A stretch of 64,000 bases of DNA from Candidatus Dojkabacteria bacterium. GTDB taxonomy: Bacteria; Patescibacteriota; Dojkabacteria; B142; JAFGFJ01. This document shows positions 36,876 to 46,719 of the stretch, piece after piece. The DNA lies in assembly GCA_016931155.1 (NCBI GenBank), contig JAFGFJ010000005.1:1547-65546 (forward strand), in the 5' to 3' direction. The first letter of the stretch is position 1. Every line of letters begins with the position of its first letter. The notes under the pieces were generated by a model that worked only from the letters and a program-made list of their open reading frames with translations, was not told where the DNA came from and did not search any database. The translations under genes were made by a program, and so were the position numbers.

Positions 36876-37956
36876 ACTCATCGAGATCTCCTCCAAGGAC
36901 TTTCTCTGGATTTGCTGATTCTATACCTGTCCTCAAATCTTTAACCAGTTTGTATGGCTGCAAGACGTAATTTCGTATTTGGTTTCCCCAGCCAGCTATC
37001 TTGTGGATACCTTTTGTGCTGGAAAGTTCTTCTTCTCTTTTTTCTTCCTCCAGCTGGAAAAGTTTTCCCTTAAGTATATTCATCGCTGTCTCTCTGTTTT
37101 TTAACTGGCTTCTTTCGGAGGAGCTGGAAATGGTAATTCCTGTTGGTTTATGAACGATACGCACAGAAGTAGAGACCTTGTTAACATTTTGCCCTCCTGC
37201 TCCACTTGATCTTACAGCACTAAATTCTACATCTTCGTCTTTTATCTCTATATCTATCTCGTTTTCAAAAATTGGAACCACTTCAACCCCAGCGAAAGAT
37301 GTCTGTCTGAGGCCTTGTGCATTGAATGGAGAAATTCTTACAAGCCTGTGGGTTCCATGTTCCATTCTTAAATACCCATAAGCATTTTTTCCTCTTATCT
37401 CAATAGTGACTGTTGAAATACCAGTCTCCGTCCCTGAAACCTTATGAACAATTTCATGCGACCAACCTTTTTTTTCAAAATATCTTATGTACATTCTAAG
37501 TAGTATTTCTGCCCAATCGTTTGCTTCAGTTCCTCCCTGTCCTGCATGTATTGAGAGTAATGCATTACTGGAATCGTATCTCCCGGACAGAAAAGTATCT
37601 GATTCAAGATTATTTATTTCCCTAATTAAATTATCAAGTTTCTCAGATATTTCTTCCCAGACATTTTTGTCGTATTCCCCTGGTGTGTTCTCTGGTTTTT
37701 CGGCAAGTTCAATGTAGATTTCAATCTCTTCCAACTCCTTTTCAACATTTTTGATTTCTTCGAGTTCATTTGTAATTTCTCCCAGCTCTTTCATTGTGCT
37801 TTCTGCTCCTTCTTTATCATTCCAGAAAGTTTCTGCACTTGATTGTTCTTGTAGTTTTACAGATCTGTCAGTCATCCCCTCGATATCCTTTTTTTCTTTG
37901 ATCTGTTCAAATCTGGTTTTTAGTAGTTTAAGCTTTTCTTCTATTTCCCTTTTCAT
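36850..37956 (-). CDS. prfB: Peptide chain release factor 2
   Basis: [16 protein letters not shown] (SPF), [18 protein letters not shown]; one continuous ORF. Confidence 0.97.
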   Translation of the reverse strand: MKREIEEKLKLLKTRFEQIKEKKDIEGMTDRSVKLQEQSSAETFWNDKEGAESTMKELGEITNELEEIKNVEKELEEIEIYIELAEKPENTPGEYDKNVWEEISEKLDNLIREINNLESDTFLSGRYDSSNALLSIHAGQGGTEANDWAEILLRMYIRYFEKKGWSHEIVHKVSGTETGISTVTIEIRGKNAYGYLRMEHGTHRLVRISPFNAQGLRQTSFAGVEVVPIFENEIDIEIKDEDVEFSAVRSSGAGGQNVNKVSTSVRIVHKPTGITISSSSERSQLKNRETAMNILKGKLFQLEEEKREEELSSTKGIHKIAGWGNQIRNYVLQPYKLVKDLRTGIESANPEKVLGGDLDEFIEAEIRL

Positions 37957-38060
37957 AAATTTTTGTTAATTGTAGTTTCGTGTTTTCGAATTTTCAATTA
38001 TATGATAACATTAGCTCTAATTAAACACTTCCATTTTTAATTTATGTTGAGTTATTTGTT

Positions 38061-38312
38061 ATGTCTAAACTAAAGTCGTCTAGGAAAGCATTGAGATCAA
38101 GTAAAAGAAAAGCTGCGTTTAATAAAGCTGACAGGATAAAATACCGGGAAGCAAAGAAAGAAGTTTTTGGTCTTGTAAAGGACGGAAAGAAAACTGAGGC
38201 AACAAAGAAGCTTCAAAATGCTTATTCTCTTATTGATAAGGCAGCAAAAAAGCATGTTTTGCATAAAAATACTGCAGCCAGATATAAGTCTGCATTAGCA
38301 AAAGCGATCTAG
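38061..38312 (+). CDS. rpsT: 30S ribosomal protein S20
   Basis: KSS.K..R...., AYS.IDKAAKK.V.HKNTAARYKS. Confidence 0.95.
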   Translation: MSKLKSSRKALRSSKRKAAFNKADRIKYREAKKEVFGLVKDGKKTEATKKLQNAYSLIDKAAKKHVLHKNTAARYKSALAKAI

Positions 38313-38314
38313 TT

Positions 38315-38866
38315 ATGTCAAAGTCTTTGATAAAGTTAATTGACAGTTCACTGCTTCCTGCCGCAATAATGATTGTCGGGAAGGTTTTTGGCATATATTT
38401 AGTTGCAAAAGCATTTGGTTTTGAATGGGCACTGCAGAATTCTGCTGATTCATTTATTTCCTTAAAACCGATATTTGCTGAAAAGGATATTATTATTGTT
38501 TCGTCTTACTCTGATTTGATTATGCTACTTTTCGTGCTCATGGGTCTTTCCTTTACTCTGTTCAGGGCACTATATCTGCATGCCTCTCATATAGATCCGA
38601 GATTTGTAGCCAAGCTTGCAACAAACAATTTACTTGATCTTGTTAAAGATTCTTTCGATGTATATCACGAATCATCGATGTGGTTGCTTTTTACCTGGAT
38701 CACTACTCTTGCCATTTTTCTGAATGTGCTTCTTGAAAGAACTTATATTTGGATTTTGGTAATTAGCATGTTGTGTTGTTTTGGATTTACACTTATCCTT
38801 CTTCGTGATGTTGGTAAAGAAATAGCGTTGAGCAGGAAGAGAATTGCTACTGAAAATTTTGCTTGA
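38315..38866 (+). CDS. Hypothetical membrane protein (4 TM)
   Basis: 183 aa ORF 2 nt after rpsT with four hydrophobic segments. Confidence 0.7.
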   Translation: MSKSLIKLIDSSLLPAAIMIVGKVFGIYLVAKAFGFEWALQNSADSFISLKPIFAEKDIIIVSSYSDLIMLLFVLMGLSFTLFRALYLHASHIDPRFVAKLATNNLLDLVKDSFDVYHESSMWLLFTWITTLAIFLNVLLERTYIWILVISMLCCFGFTLILLRDVGKEIALSRKRIATENFA

Positions 38867-38867
38867 T

Positions 38868-39938
38868 ATGACAAGAGATAAGGTTCCCACACGTGTAGAA
38901 GTGACAACAAAGACAATTCTTACTGTAGCGGCGATTATTATTGCTGGTTTTGTTTTGGTAAAACTTCAGGGGGTAGTTTTCATATTATTCATTTCTTTTA
39001 TAATCACATCATCTCTAAGACCTCTTGTAGATAAATTTGATTCTAAAAAGATTCCCAGAATAGTAACAATCTTTAGTATTTTTGTTCTTGTGATTGCTAC
39101 TGTTCTTGCTTTTATGTTTTTAATATTAACCTCTCTTGCACCTCAACTTGGGAATTTACTGGAACACCTGCCACTGATTGTTACCAATTTTCTTGAAAAA
39201 ATATTGGTTTTTGTGCCCTGGCTTTCAAGTGTAATCGACATCGGGTCATTGAAAGAGGAATTAGCAGAAATGTTGAAAAATGGAGAAATTTCGTCAGATT
39301 CTGTCCTTGCAAGCTTTAAACAGGCTTTGGGACTTGTCAATTCAGCTGCAGAGGTTGCGGTTGGCGTAGTAACTACCGTTATTCTAACTGTCTATATGCT
39401 TTCAAGAAAGGAAAAAGTTCTTGACCAAGTTCTAATGTTTTTTTCTGAGAAAACCAGGAATAAGTATTTATTGCTTATTCCTAAAATCGAAGGTCAGTTG
39501 GGATCGTGGTTAAGAGCACAGTCAGCACTTATTGTTCTTATGGGGTTTTTATCCTGGCTTGGTCTTACACTAATAGGAATAAAGTTTGCGATTCCAGTCG
39601 CTATTGTAATCGGTTTACTTGAGCTTATTCCCAGTGTAGGGCCTTCATTTGGATGGATTATTGCTACAATTGTTGCTGTTGGTAGTGGTGCATCGTTTTT
39701 GCAGGTACTTCTGGTTTTCAGCTGGTCAATTTTTATTCAACAACTGGAGCATTTACTTTTTGTTCCAAAGATTTTTCAAAAGGCAGTGGGGCTGGATCCC
39801 CTGGTTACGATTTTAGGGATAATAAGTGCTTCGATTTTGTTTGGATTTGCAGGAGTGATAATTGCAGTACCTGTTCTAGCAGTTGTGCAGATAACACTTT
39901 CTCACTTGAAAGAAGACAAAAAGCAATCTACCAGGTAG
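38868..39938 (+). CDS. AI-2E family (PerM-like) transporter
   Basis: L.PLV....., LIP.VGP, IQQLE....P.I....VGL.P, G..G.IIAVP motifs; ATG 38868 taken as start. Confidence 0.88.
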   Translation: MTRDKVPTRVEVTTKTILTVAAIIIAGFVLVKLQGVVFILFISFIITSSLRPLVDKFDSKKIPRIVTIFSIFVLVIATVLAFMFLILTSLAPQLGNLLEHLPLIVTNFLEKILVFVPWLSSVIDIGSLKEELAEMLKNGEISSDSVLASFKQALGLVNSAAEVAVGVVTTVILTVYMLSRKEKVLDQVLMFFSEKTRNKYLLLIPKIEGQLGSWLRAQSALIVLMGFLSWLGLTLIGIKFAIPVAIVIGLLELIPSVGPSFGWIIATIVAVGSGASFLQVLLVFSWSIFIQQLEHLLFVPKIFQKAVGLDPLVTILGIISASILFGFAGVIIAVPVLAVVQITLSHLKEDKKQSTR

Positions 39939-39939
39939 C

Positions 39940-39958
39940 GGAAAGTGGTTCACTTTCC
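39940..39958. terminator. Hairpin between convergent genes
   Basis: GGAAAGTG-gtt-CACTTTCC perfect 8-bp stem in a 27-nt gap. Confidence 0.55.
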
Positions 39959-39965
39959 CTCGCAG

Positions 39966-41753
39966 TTATCTCAATTCATACTCCTCCAGCAGCTTTTTGC
40001 CGCTTTGTATATCATATAGGCATGAATAAACGCCCTTCTGTTTCAGCAGCTCTTTATGACTTCCCTCTTCGACAATCTTGCCATTTTCAATAACTAGAAT
40101 TCTATCTGCCCTTTGAATCGTAGAGAGTCTGTGGGCTATGATAACTGTAGTTCTTCCCTTGATTAGTTTCCAAAGTGCATCTTGTACTTTCATCTCTGAT
40201 TTTGAATCAAGGGAGCTTGTTGCTTCATCGAGTATCAGGATGGGAGGATTTTTTATAAGCGTTCTGGCTATAGAAAGTCGCTGTTTTTGCCCCCCGGAAA
40301 GCTTTATGCCTCTCTCCCCTATTTTGGTTCTAAGCCCTTTAGGAAGCTTTTCAATAAATTCCCAGGCGTTTGCAACTTTGCAAGCATCAATTATCTCGCT
40401 TTCTTTTGTGTAGGATTTTCCGTATTTTAGGTTTTTTTCTATTGTCTGTTCAAAAAGATATGATTCTTGAAGCACTATTCCAATATTATTTCTAAGCTCT
40501 GCTTGCTTGATTTTTCTGATGTCTGTCCCATCAATTTCTATGCTGCCCTTGTCTACATCGTAGAAACGGTTTATGAGATTCGCTATTGTTGTTTTACCAC
40601 CTCCGCTTTTTGCAACAAGCGCAATTGATTCTCCTGGATTGATTTTTAAGCAAAGATTTTTAAGAACTGCCTGATTTTTACTTGTTTTAGTATTACCGGG
40701 ATATGTAAAATATACATTTCTAAATTCAATTTTTCCTTTTACTTCTTTCATAGAGACGGAAGATTTGTCATCAACTATGTTCGATTTATTATCTAAAATT
40801 TTAAAATAATCTCGAGCTCCAATTAGTCCTTTTCTTACTTCAAAATACATCCATCCAAGGTTCCAGAAAGGCTCTTTAAGAATAGTCAAATACTGTATGA
40901 TCAGAAAAAATGTTCCCAGTGTAATTTCCCCCTGGATCACAAGTATGATTGTATATATGAATATAATCCCGCCCATTAGTTCAAGAATAACATCTTTAAG
41001 AAGGCTCAAGTCCCAGATTCTTTCTATCCTTTTTGCAATTGCTACCAGTTTGTCATTATATTTTTGCATTTTATTCTGCTCATAATCTGACCTGACAAAG
41101 CTTTTTACGAGTCTAATAGAGCTTATTACTTCATAAAAATGTCCAAATCCTTTATCCATTGTTTTGTTGTACTCTTTTTCCAGAGGGACATGTTTTTTCA
41201 AAATATAGAGGTTGATCAGTACATATGGAATAACTGTTGCAAAAAGTATTCCAACAATCTCAGGTCTAATACTAAGGAGAATTCCAATTGCAAAAACAGA
41301 AGTAAGAATATTTGGAAGAAAGTAAATTACACTTGTTGTAACCTGCCTTATGATTCTATTCACACCTCTCTGAAGTTTGGACATAAGGGAACCTGATACT
41401 TGTCTGTCAAAGAAAGAGATGTCACTATTCAATAGCTTTTCATAGCCTATATCCATAAAATGCTTTTCCAGTTTTGTTGTTACAATTTGGCTGCTACGCC
41501 AGGAAAATCTGTTTGCTGCAGTAAGTAATAAAAGTGAAATAAGGTAGGCGATTAAATATGGTGCGATTTTTTCGACGCTTATAAGCAAGGGTTCACCAAT
41601 TGCTATTGAGTTTTGTATACTGTCAATAATATTTTTGGAGACAAGTGGTGCTACCTGTTTTCCCGCCGAAATTACAACAATAGAAATAGCAAGCATCAAA
41701 AAAATATGCCAGAAAGGTTTAGCCAATTTTATTGCACGAAAAAGCTCTTTCAT
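39966..41753 (-). CDS. ABC exporter, fused permease/ATPase (MsbA/MdlB-like)
   Basis: N-terminal TM domain; KSGGGKTT, LSGGQKQR, ILDEATSSLD, IAHRLST. Confidence 0.93.
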   Translation of the reverse strand: MKELFRAIKLAKPFWHIFLMLAISIVVISAGKQVAPLVSKNIIDSIQNSIAIGEPLLISVEKIAPYLIAYLISLLLLTAANRFSWRSSQIVTTKLEKHFMDIGYEKLLNSDISFFDRQVSGSLMSKLQRGVNRIIRQVTTSVIYFLPNILTSVFAIGILLSIRPEIVGILFATVIPYVLINLYILKKHVPLEKEYNKTMDKGFGHFYEVISSIRLVKSFVRSDYEQNKMQKYNDKLVAIAKRIERIWDLSLLKDVILELMGGIIFIYTIILVIQGEITLGTFFLIIQYLTILKEPFWNLGWMYFEVRKGLIGARDYFKILDNKSNIVDDKSSVSMKEVKGKIEFRNVYFTYPGNTKTSKNQAVLKNLCLKINPGESIALVAKSGGGKTTIANLINRFYDVDKGSIEIDGTDIRKIKQAELRNNIGIVLQESYLFEQTIEKNLKYGKSYTKESEIIDACKVANAWEFIEKLPKGLRTKIGERGIKLSGGQKQRLSIARTLIKNPPILILDEATSSLDSKSEMKVQDALWKLIKGRTTVIIAHRLSTIQRADRILVIENGKIVEEGSHKELLKQKGVYSCLYDIQSGKKLLEEYELR

Positions 41754-41888
41754 TCAATATTGAGTGGGAATTACTGCGGGTAGATAATATCACACTAAAG
41801 TGGGAAATTAAAAGGAGAATAAGTCATTAAATTGCAGTATTGTATTCAAAATTGCAGCATTGTACTTATTTGTTAAAAAAGTGATCAT

Positions 41889-44000
41889 TCACTTTATGTT
41901 GTTTAATAGATCTCTCATTTCTGCTGCTTTCTCAAATTCCAGCAAATCAGCAAATATGCTCATTTGTACTTTTATCTCCTCCGTGAGAGCATTCTTTTCA
42001 ATGGCAGTCATAGCTTTATATGATTCAGCTCGCTTCTTAAGTGAAGTTACTGTGACATCCCCCTTTATTTCTTCATGCTTATCTGTGGCTGTAAGCTGAT
42101 CTTTTATCTCTTTTTGTATAGTTTTTGGGACGATTCCATGTGTCTTGTTGTACTCTTTCTGTGTTTTTCTTCTTCTTCGTACCTCATCTATTGCTCTTTT
42201 CATGCTGCCAGTAATTTTATCTGCATACATTATTACTTTTCCATCCTGATGCCTTGCGGCTCTCCCCATTGTCTGGATAAGGCTGACATCGCTTCTCAAA
42301 AATCCTTCTTTATCAGCATCAAGTATTGCAACAAGACTTACTTCGGGAAGGTCGAGACCTTCTCTCAATAGGTTGATACCTACAAGAACGTCATATTTTC
42401 CAAGTCTCAAATCTCTTAAAATATCTACTCTCTCGATGGCATCAATATCGGAGTGAATATATTGCACCTTAATTTTTATTTCTTTCAAAAAAGCAGAAAG
42501 ATCTTCAGCCATCCTTTTTGTAAGTGTGGTAACAAGCACTCGCTGTCCTTTTTTTATTGTTTTTTGAATCTCGTCTGTCAGGTCGTCGATTTGATTGAGC
42601 GATGACTCTTTCCTGTTTAAAATGTTAAAATCAAAGTATCCGTTTTCCTGTACAATTTTTTTTATGTTGCAGAAATTACTGCTCTCCGTAGGTCTGATAT
42701 CTATGACTGGATCCAGAAGTCCTGTAGGTCTTACCACTTGCTCTGCAATACCTGTGTACTTGTACAATCCTTTGAGCTTTTTTATCGACTGCAGGCTGAG
42801 TTGTTTTTCATAGTCTGATGGAGTGGCACTAACGTATATTGTCTGATTGAGCTTGGAGTTGAATTCAACAAATTTGAGAGGTCTATTATCTAGAGCTGCT
42901 TTAAGCCTGAATCCGTACTCAACAAGTGATTCTTTTCTTGATCTGTCCCCTTTGTACATACCTCTTACCTGTGGTACGGTTATATGGGATTCGTCGATAA
43001 ACATAAGGTAGTCGTCCGGGAAATAATCAAGTAATGTTGAAGGAGGACTGCCGATGGGTCGCCTCTCTATGTATCTTGAGTAATTTTCTATCCCGGCAAC
43101 GTACCCTGTCTCTTCGAGCATTTCAAGATCGTAGTTTACCCTCTGATCGAGACGTTGTGCTTCGAGTTCCTTCCCCTTACTTCTGAAGGATTTAACTTCT
43201 GCCTCAAGATCTTTTCTTATCTTCGGAATAGCAAGTTTGAGGGCCTCAAAAGCAGTCACGTACTGCTTTGCTGGGAAGATTGTATAGCTTTTTGGTTTGT
43301 CCAATATCTCACCTGACAGGGGATTAATAATTTTGATCACTTCTATTTTATTCCCGAAAAACTCTAATCTTACTGCTGTCTCTTCTGAAGCTGTATAAAT
43401 GTCTATAGAATCACCTCTAATGCGGTACATACCGTTATAGAACTCGTACTCACTTCTCTCGTATTGCAAATCAGCAAGATGTCTCAATAATTTTTCTCTG
43501 TTGTACTCCAGACCATTTTCTATTGTTCTACTTAGAGAAAGGTAATCTTCCGGATTTCCGAGACCGTAGATACAGGAGACTGAGGCGACAATTATTGTGT
43601 CTTTTCTTGTGAGCAGTGCTTGTGTTGCGGCACTTCTATATCTTTCTATATCTTCGTTTATGTCTGCTTCTTTTTCTATGTAGAGATCTCTTTTTGCAAC
43701 GTAGGCTTCCGGTTGGTAGTAGTCGTAATATGAGACAAAATACCTGACTGCATTATCCGGGAAATACTCTCTGAACTCTGAAAATAACTGAGCCGCAAGA
43801 GTTTTGTTGTGAGCAAGGACTAATGTTGGCTTCTGGGTTCTTTCAATTACATTTGCCATGGTAAATGTTTTTCCGGACCCTGTTACACCGAGGAGTGTCT
43901 GACTTTCTGCACCAGATTCTATCCCATTAGTGAGAAAATCTATTGCTTGGGGTTGATCACCTGCTGGCTTTAATTTTGTCTTTAGTATAAACTGCTTCAT
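41889..44000 (-). CDS. uvrB: Excinuclease ABC subunit B
   Basis: PAGDQP.AI, GVTGSGKTF, YYDYYQPEAY, DESH, GINLLREGLD, C-terminal FEKAA.+RD. Confidence 0.98.
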   Translation of the reverse strand: MKQFILKTKLKPAGDQPQAIDFLTNGIESGAESQTLLGVTGSGKTFTMANVIERTQKPTLVLAHNKTLAAQLFSEFREYFPDNAVRYFVSYYDYYQPEAYVAKRDLYIEKEADINEDIERYRSAATQALLTRKDTIIVASVSCIYGLGNPEDYLSLSRTIENGLEYNREKLLRHLADLQYERSEYEFYNGMYRIRGDSIDIYTASEETAVRLEFFGNKIEVIKIINPLSGEILDKPKSYTIFPAKQYVTAFEALKLAIPKIRKDLEAEVKSFRSKGKELEAQRLDQRVNYDLEMLEETGYVAGIENYSRYIERRPIGSPPSTLLDYFPDDYLMFIDESHITVPQVRGMYKGDRSRKESLVEYGFRLKAALDNRPLKFVEFNSKLNQTIYVSATPSDYEKQLSLQSIKKLKGLYKYTGIAEQVVRPTGLLDPVIDIRPTESSNFCNIKKIVQENGYFDFNILNRKESSLNQIDDLTDEIQKTIKKGQRVLVTTLTKRMAEDLSAFLKEIKIKVQYIHSDIDAIERVDILRDLRLGKYDVLVGINLLREGLDLPEVSLVAILDADKEGFLRSDVSLIQTMGRAARHQDGKVIMYADKITGSMKRAIDEVRRRRKTQKEYNKTHGIVPKTIQKEIKDQLTATDKHEEIKGDVTVTSLKKRAESYKAMTAIEKNALTEEIKVQMSIFADLLEFEKAAEMRDLLNNIK

Positions 44001-44094
44001 CTTTAACGATTTAATTATATCAGAATGTTGATTTACTTATTTCTATAGGATATAATGAATATATAGTTTTTTTTTTTTTGCTAATTAATCAATC

Positions 44095-44808
44095 ATGGAT
44101 CAGTTAACAATAGATAACAAATCAGGAATAGGAAATAATGAACCAATGGAGGAGTTTTATTCAAATCTTTTTGCAAAACAAAATGAAGAGATGATTTTTG
44201 GGGATTTTAATGAGGTAGCAAATATTGTTATTAATGCACTTCATTCAATTGTCGGAAGGGATGAAAATCATCTTATGAATCATGCTTATGAACGTGTGTT
44301 TGTAAATCTTCTTATATACAACAGAATATCTTCATTTGAGCAAAGAAGCGTCGCTATTGAGCTTTTTAAAAATGACCCGGAGGAACTATTGTTTAGGGTA
44401 AGCGATCTATTTTTTTATGTCCAGGCGTCAGACGTGGAGCTTGATAGAGGCAGAAACGGAATGAAAGGAATATGGGATAAAGAGGTTGAAAGATCCCTTT
44501 ACTCAGGAGATCCTTCTTATGCAATTAAAAAGGCGGTTAGCATTTTATCTGGGTTCACTTGTGATTTCAAAGAGTTGTTAAACGAAGCAATTTTTAATTC
44601 CAGTAACTCATCAAATAATGGAGCAGTGGAGGATCAAATGTTTCCCATTGATCCAACAGTAAATATTACTTTTGTGAGAGTATGTGAAAAACTGGAAATG
44701 AAATGTGAAGCGATGCTCAGAAAAGCTAAATTTAGGGCGAAAAAAGAAAGTAAATCATTAGAAGAGATTTTATATTCAATTAATGGTGGTGTCCTGCCTT
44801 TTCCATAA
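44095..44808 (+). CDS. Hypothetical protein
   Basis: 237 aa ORF with upstream TATAAT (44051-44056); no recognised motif. Confidence 0.6.
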   Translation: MDQLTIDNKSGIGNNEPMEEFYSNLFAKQNEEMIFGDFNEVANIVINALHSIVGRDENHLMNHAYERVFVNLLIYNRISSFEQRSVAIELFKNDPEELLFRVSDLFFYVQASDVELDRGRNGMKGIWDKEVERSLYSGDPSYAIKKAVSILSGFTCDFKELLNEAIFNSSNSSNNGAVEDQMFPIDPTVNITFVRVCEKLEMKCEAMLRKAKFRAKKESKSLEEILYSINGGVLPFP

Positions 44809-45937
44809 GCTGTGAATAGAATTCCAGGTTATTCATCGTTGCAAGTCGCAAGGCTTCATTTTCTCCAATTTTGAATAAATATCTCAAGTAAGCTCTAGAG
44901 ATTTCACGCAGGTCTTTTATCCTCGAATCTTTGTTTATTGGATAAATATCTTTTTTGTATATTTCTTTTTTGATGTGCATCACACTATAGTTATTAAAGT
45001 GTGCATCACCATCGCCTGCGTTTACGTATAAATACCCATGTCTTGCATTCCTGGTTGGTAGTACGGTATCGAAAATGTCCCAGCCGCACTCTATCGAGCT
45101 TCTTAGGTCATCTGGAGTACCCATTCCCAGTCCATATCTTATTTTATCTTGAGGTATTAAATCTGCAAGGAAAGCAAGCATTTCAGGATCCAGTCCCTTT
45201 GGTAATTCGTTTTTCCAACTTTTTTCATCTTTCATTGGTAAGCCTCCACCAAAACCGTAAATATCAAACCCAATATCTATAAGTGCTTTGGCATTTTCTT
45301 TTCTGAGGTTTTCCACATTTCCGCCCTGAATTACAGCGCACAATAGAGGTCTTTTGACCCTCGGATTATCGAAATCAGACTCAGTCAAACCATTCAGTTT
45401 TAGAAAAATTTCTTTGGATCTCTTGGCCCATTCAACAGTTCTCCGGTTTGCTTCTTTAAGATACTTGATTGATGTAGTCCTTAGTGCAGGCTCATCCAGT
45501 ACTACCCTTATATCACTCCCGAGATTATGCTGGATTATTTGTGAAATTTCAGGAGTGAGAATTTTGAATTTGCCGGTCCTGGGATCCTCAAAAGTTACAC
45601 CGGCATCTGTAATCCTTCCAAGCTTTTGCATTTTTCTGTGTATCAGAGAGAATATTTGAAAACCTCCGCTGTCAGTTAGTATAGGTCTATTCCAATTTAA
45701 GAATTTGTGTAAACCACCAAAATTTCCAATAAATTCACTGCCGACAGTCATTTCCAGATGAAGTGTTGTAGTGACAATTTCTCTTACTCCAGCATTATGT
45801 GCTTCGCTAAAGCTTAGTGATTTAATTGCTCCATAAGTTGCATCAGGAAAAAATGCTGGAGTTATTATTCCGCCATGAAGTGTATTGATAATTCCAGTCC
45901 TTGCTTTGTTCTTTTTGGACTTTTGCTCAAACAACAT
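44780..45937 (-). CDS. tgt: tRNA-guanine transglycosylase (atypical, lacks Zn ligands)
   Basis: ARTG...HG...TP.F, TDSGGFQ, QGG...LR, G.G.P.D, D.FD.VLPTRNARHG. Confidence 0.9.
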   Translation of the reverse strand: MLFEQKSKKNKARTGIINTLHGGIITPAFFPDATYGAIKSLSFSEAHNAGVREIVTTTLHLEMTVGSEFIGNFGGLHKFLNWNRPILTDSGGFQIFSLIHRKMQKLGRITDAGVTFEDPRTGKFKILTPEISQIIQHNLGSDIRVVLDEPALRTTSIKYLKEANRRTVEWAKRSKEIFLKLNGLTESDFDNPRVKRPLLCAVIQGGNVENLRKENAKALIDIGFDIYGFGGGLPMKDEKSWKNELPKGLDPEMLAFLADLIPQDKIRYGLGMGTPDDLRSSIECGWDIFDTVLPTRNARHGYLYVNAGDGDAHFNNYSVMHIKKEIYKKDIYPINKDSRIKDLREISRAYLRYLFKIGENEALRLATMNNLEFYSQLMEKAGHHH

Positions 45938-46715
45938 TTTCCAGCTTCACAAAAATTTGTTGCCATTCTACAAGTGAGAGTTCAGCAGCACGAATATTTT
46001 CTTTTATATGCAGATTATTAAATTTTTTTTCAATTTCTTCTTTTGATATTTTCAAACCACAACTCAGGTTGCTTATCAGTTTCTTCCTTGGACTTGAATA
46101 ACCTATTTTTATAAATTTTGTCAGATCTTCAGCATAATCTGGTATTACTTCCTTAAATTTGAATTGCAATATTCCTCCATCGACTTTTGGGATAGGAAAA
46201 AAATGATTCTTTGGAACTTTTCCAATGAACTCTACATCTGAATAAATCTGTGCAAAGTTAGAAAGAAAAGATGCTTTTGGACTTATAGAGGCATAGTCTT
46301 CTGCTACTTCTTTTTGAATCAAAAAACTCATAATATTGGGTTTTATTTCATCGGTGAGGAATTTTGCGATTATTTTTTTTGAAATATTGTAAGGAAGAGA
46401 GCCAACGACTTTGTACTTGTTATTTTCAATTTCCAAGTCTTTCAGATTTATCTTCAAAATATCATTATGAATAATCTCAACTTCTCTGTCCTCTTTGTAC
46501 TTATCTTTTAGAAAATCTATCAGTTCAGTGTCGATTTCAATAAGTATCATCCTTTTTGTTCGTTCGATCAAAAGATTTGTTACCGCTCCGTGCCCAGGTC
46601 CTACTTCAATTACTGTGTCATCAGGTTTAAGATCAAGGCTTTTGATCATTTTAATTCCTACAGAAGTCTCTTTGAGGAAATTCTGCCCAAACTGTTTTTT
46701 GAATTTAAAACCCAT
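45927..46715 (-). CDS. rsmA: 16S rRNA m6,2A dimethyltransferase
   Basis: KKQFGQNFL, EVGPG.G, EID, LPYNIS, QKEVA, F.P.PKVD. Confidence 0.95.
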   Translation of the reverse strand: MGFKFKKQFGQNFLKETSVGIKMIKSLDLKPDDTVIEVGPGHGAVTNLLIERTKRMILIEIDTELIDFLKDKYKEDREVEIIHNDILKINLKDLEIENNKYKVVGSLPYNISKKIIAKFLTDEIKPNIMSFLIQKEVAEDYASISPKASFLSNFAQIYSDVEFIGKVPKNHFFPIPKVDGGILQFKFKEVIPDYAEDLTKFIKIGYSSPRKKLISNLSCGLKISKEEIEKKFNNLHIKENIRAAELSLVEWQQIFVKLENVV

Positions 46716-46719
46716 TTTT

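Noticed and set aside
38868-41753. AI-2E transporter and ABC exporter as parts of the peptide signalling locus
   Set aside because: They are 8-10 kb away among housekeeping genes, the ABC has no C39 peptidase domain, and AI-2E family membership does not imply a quorum-sensing role.
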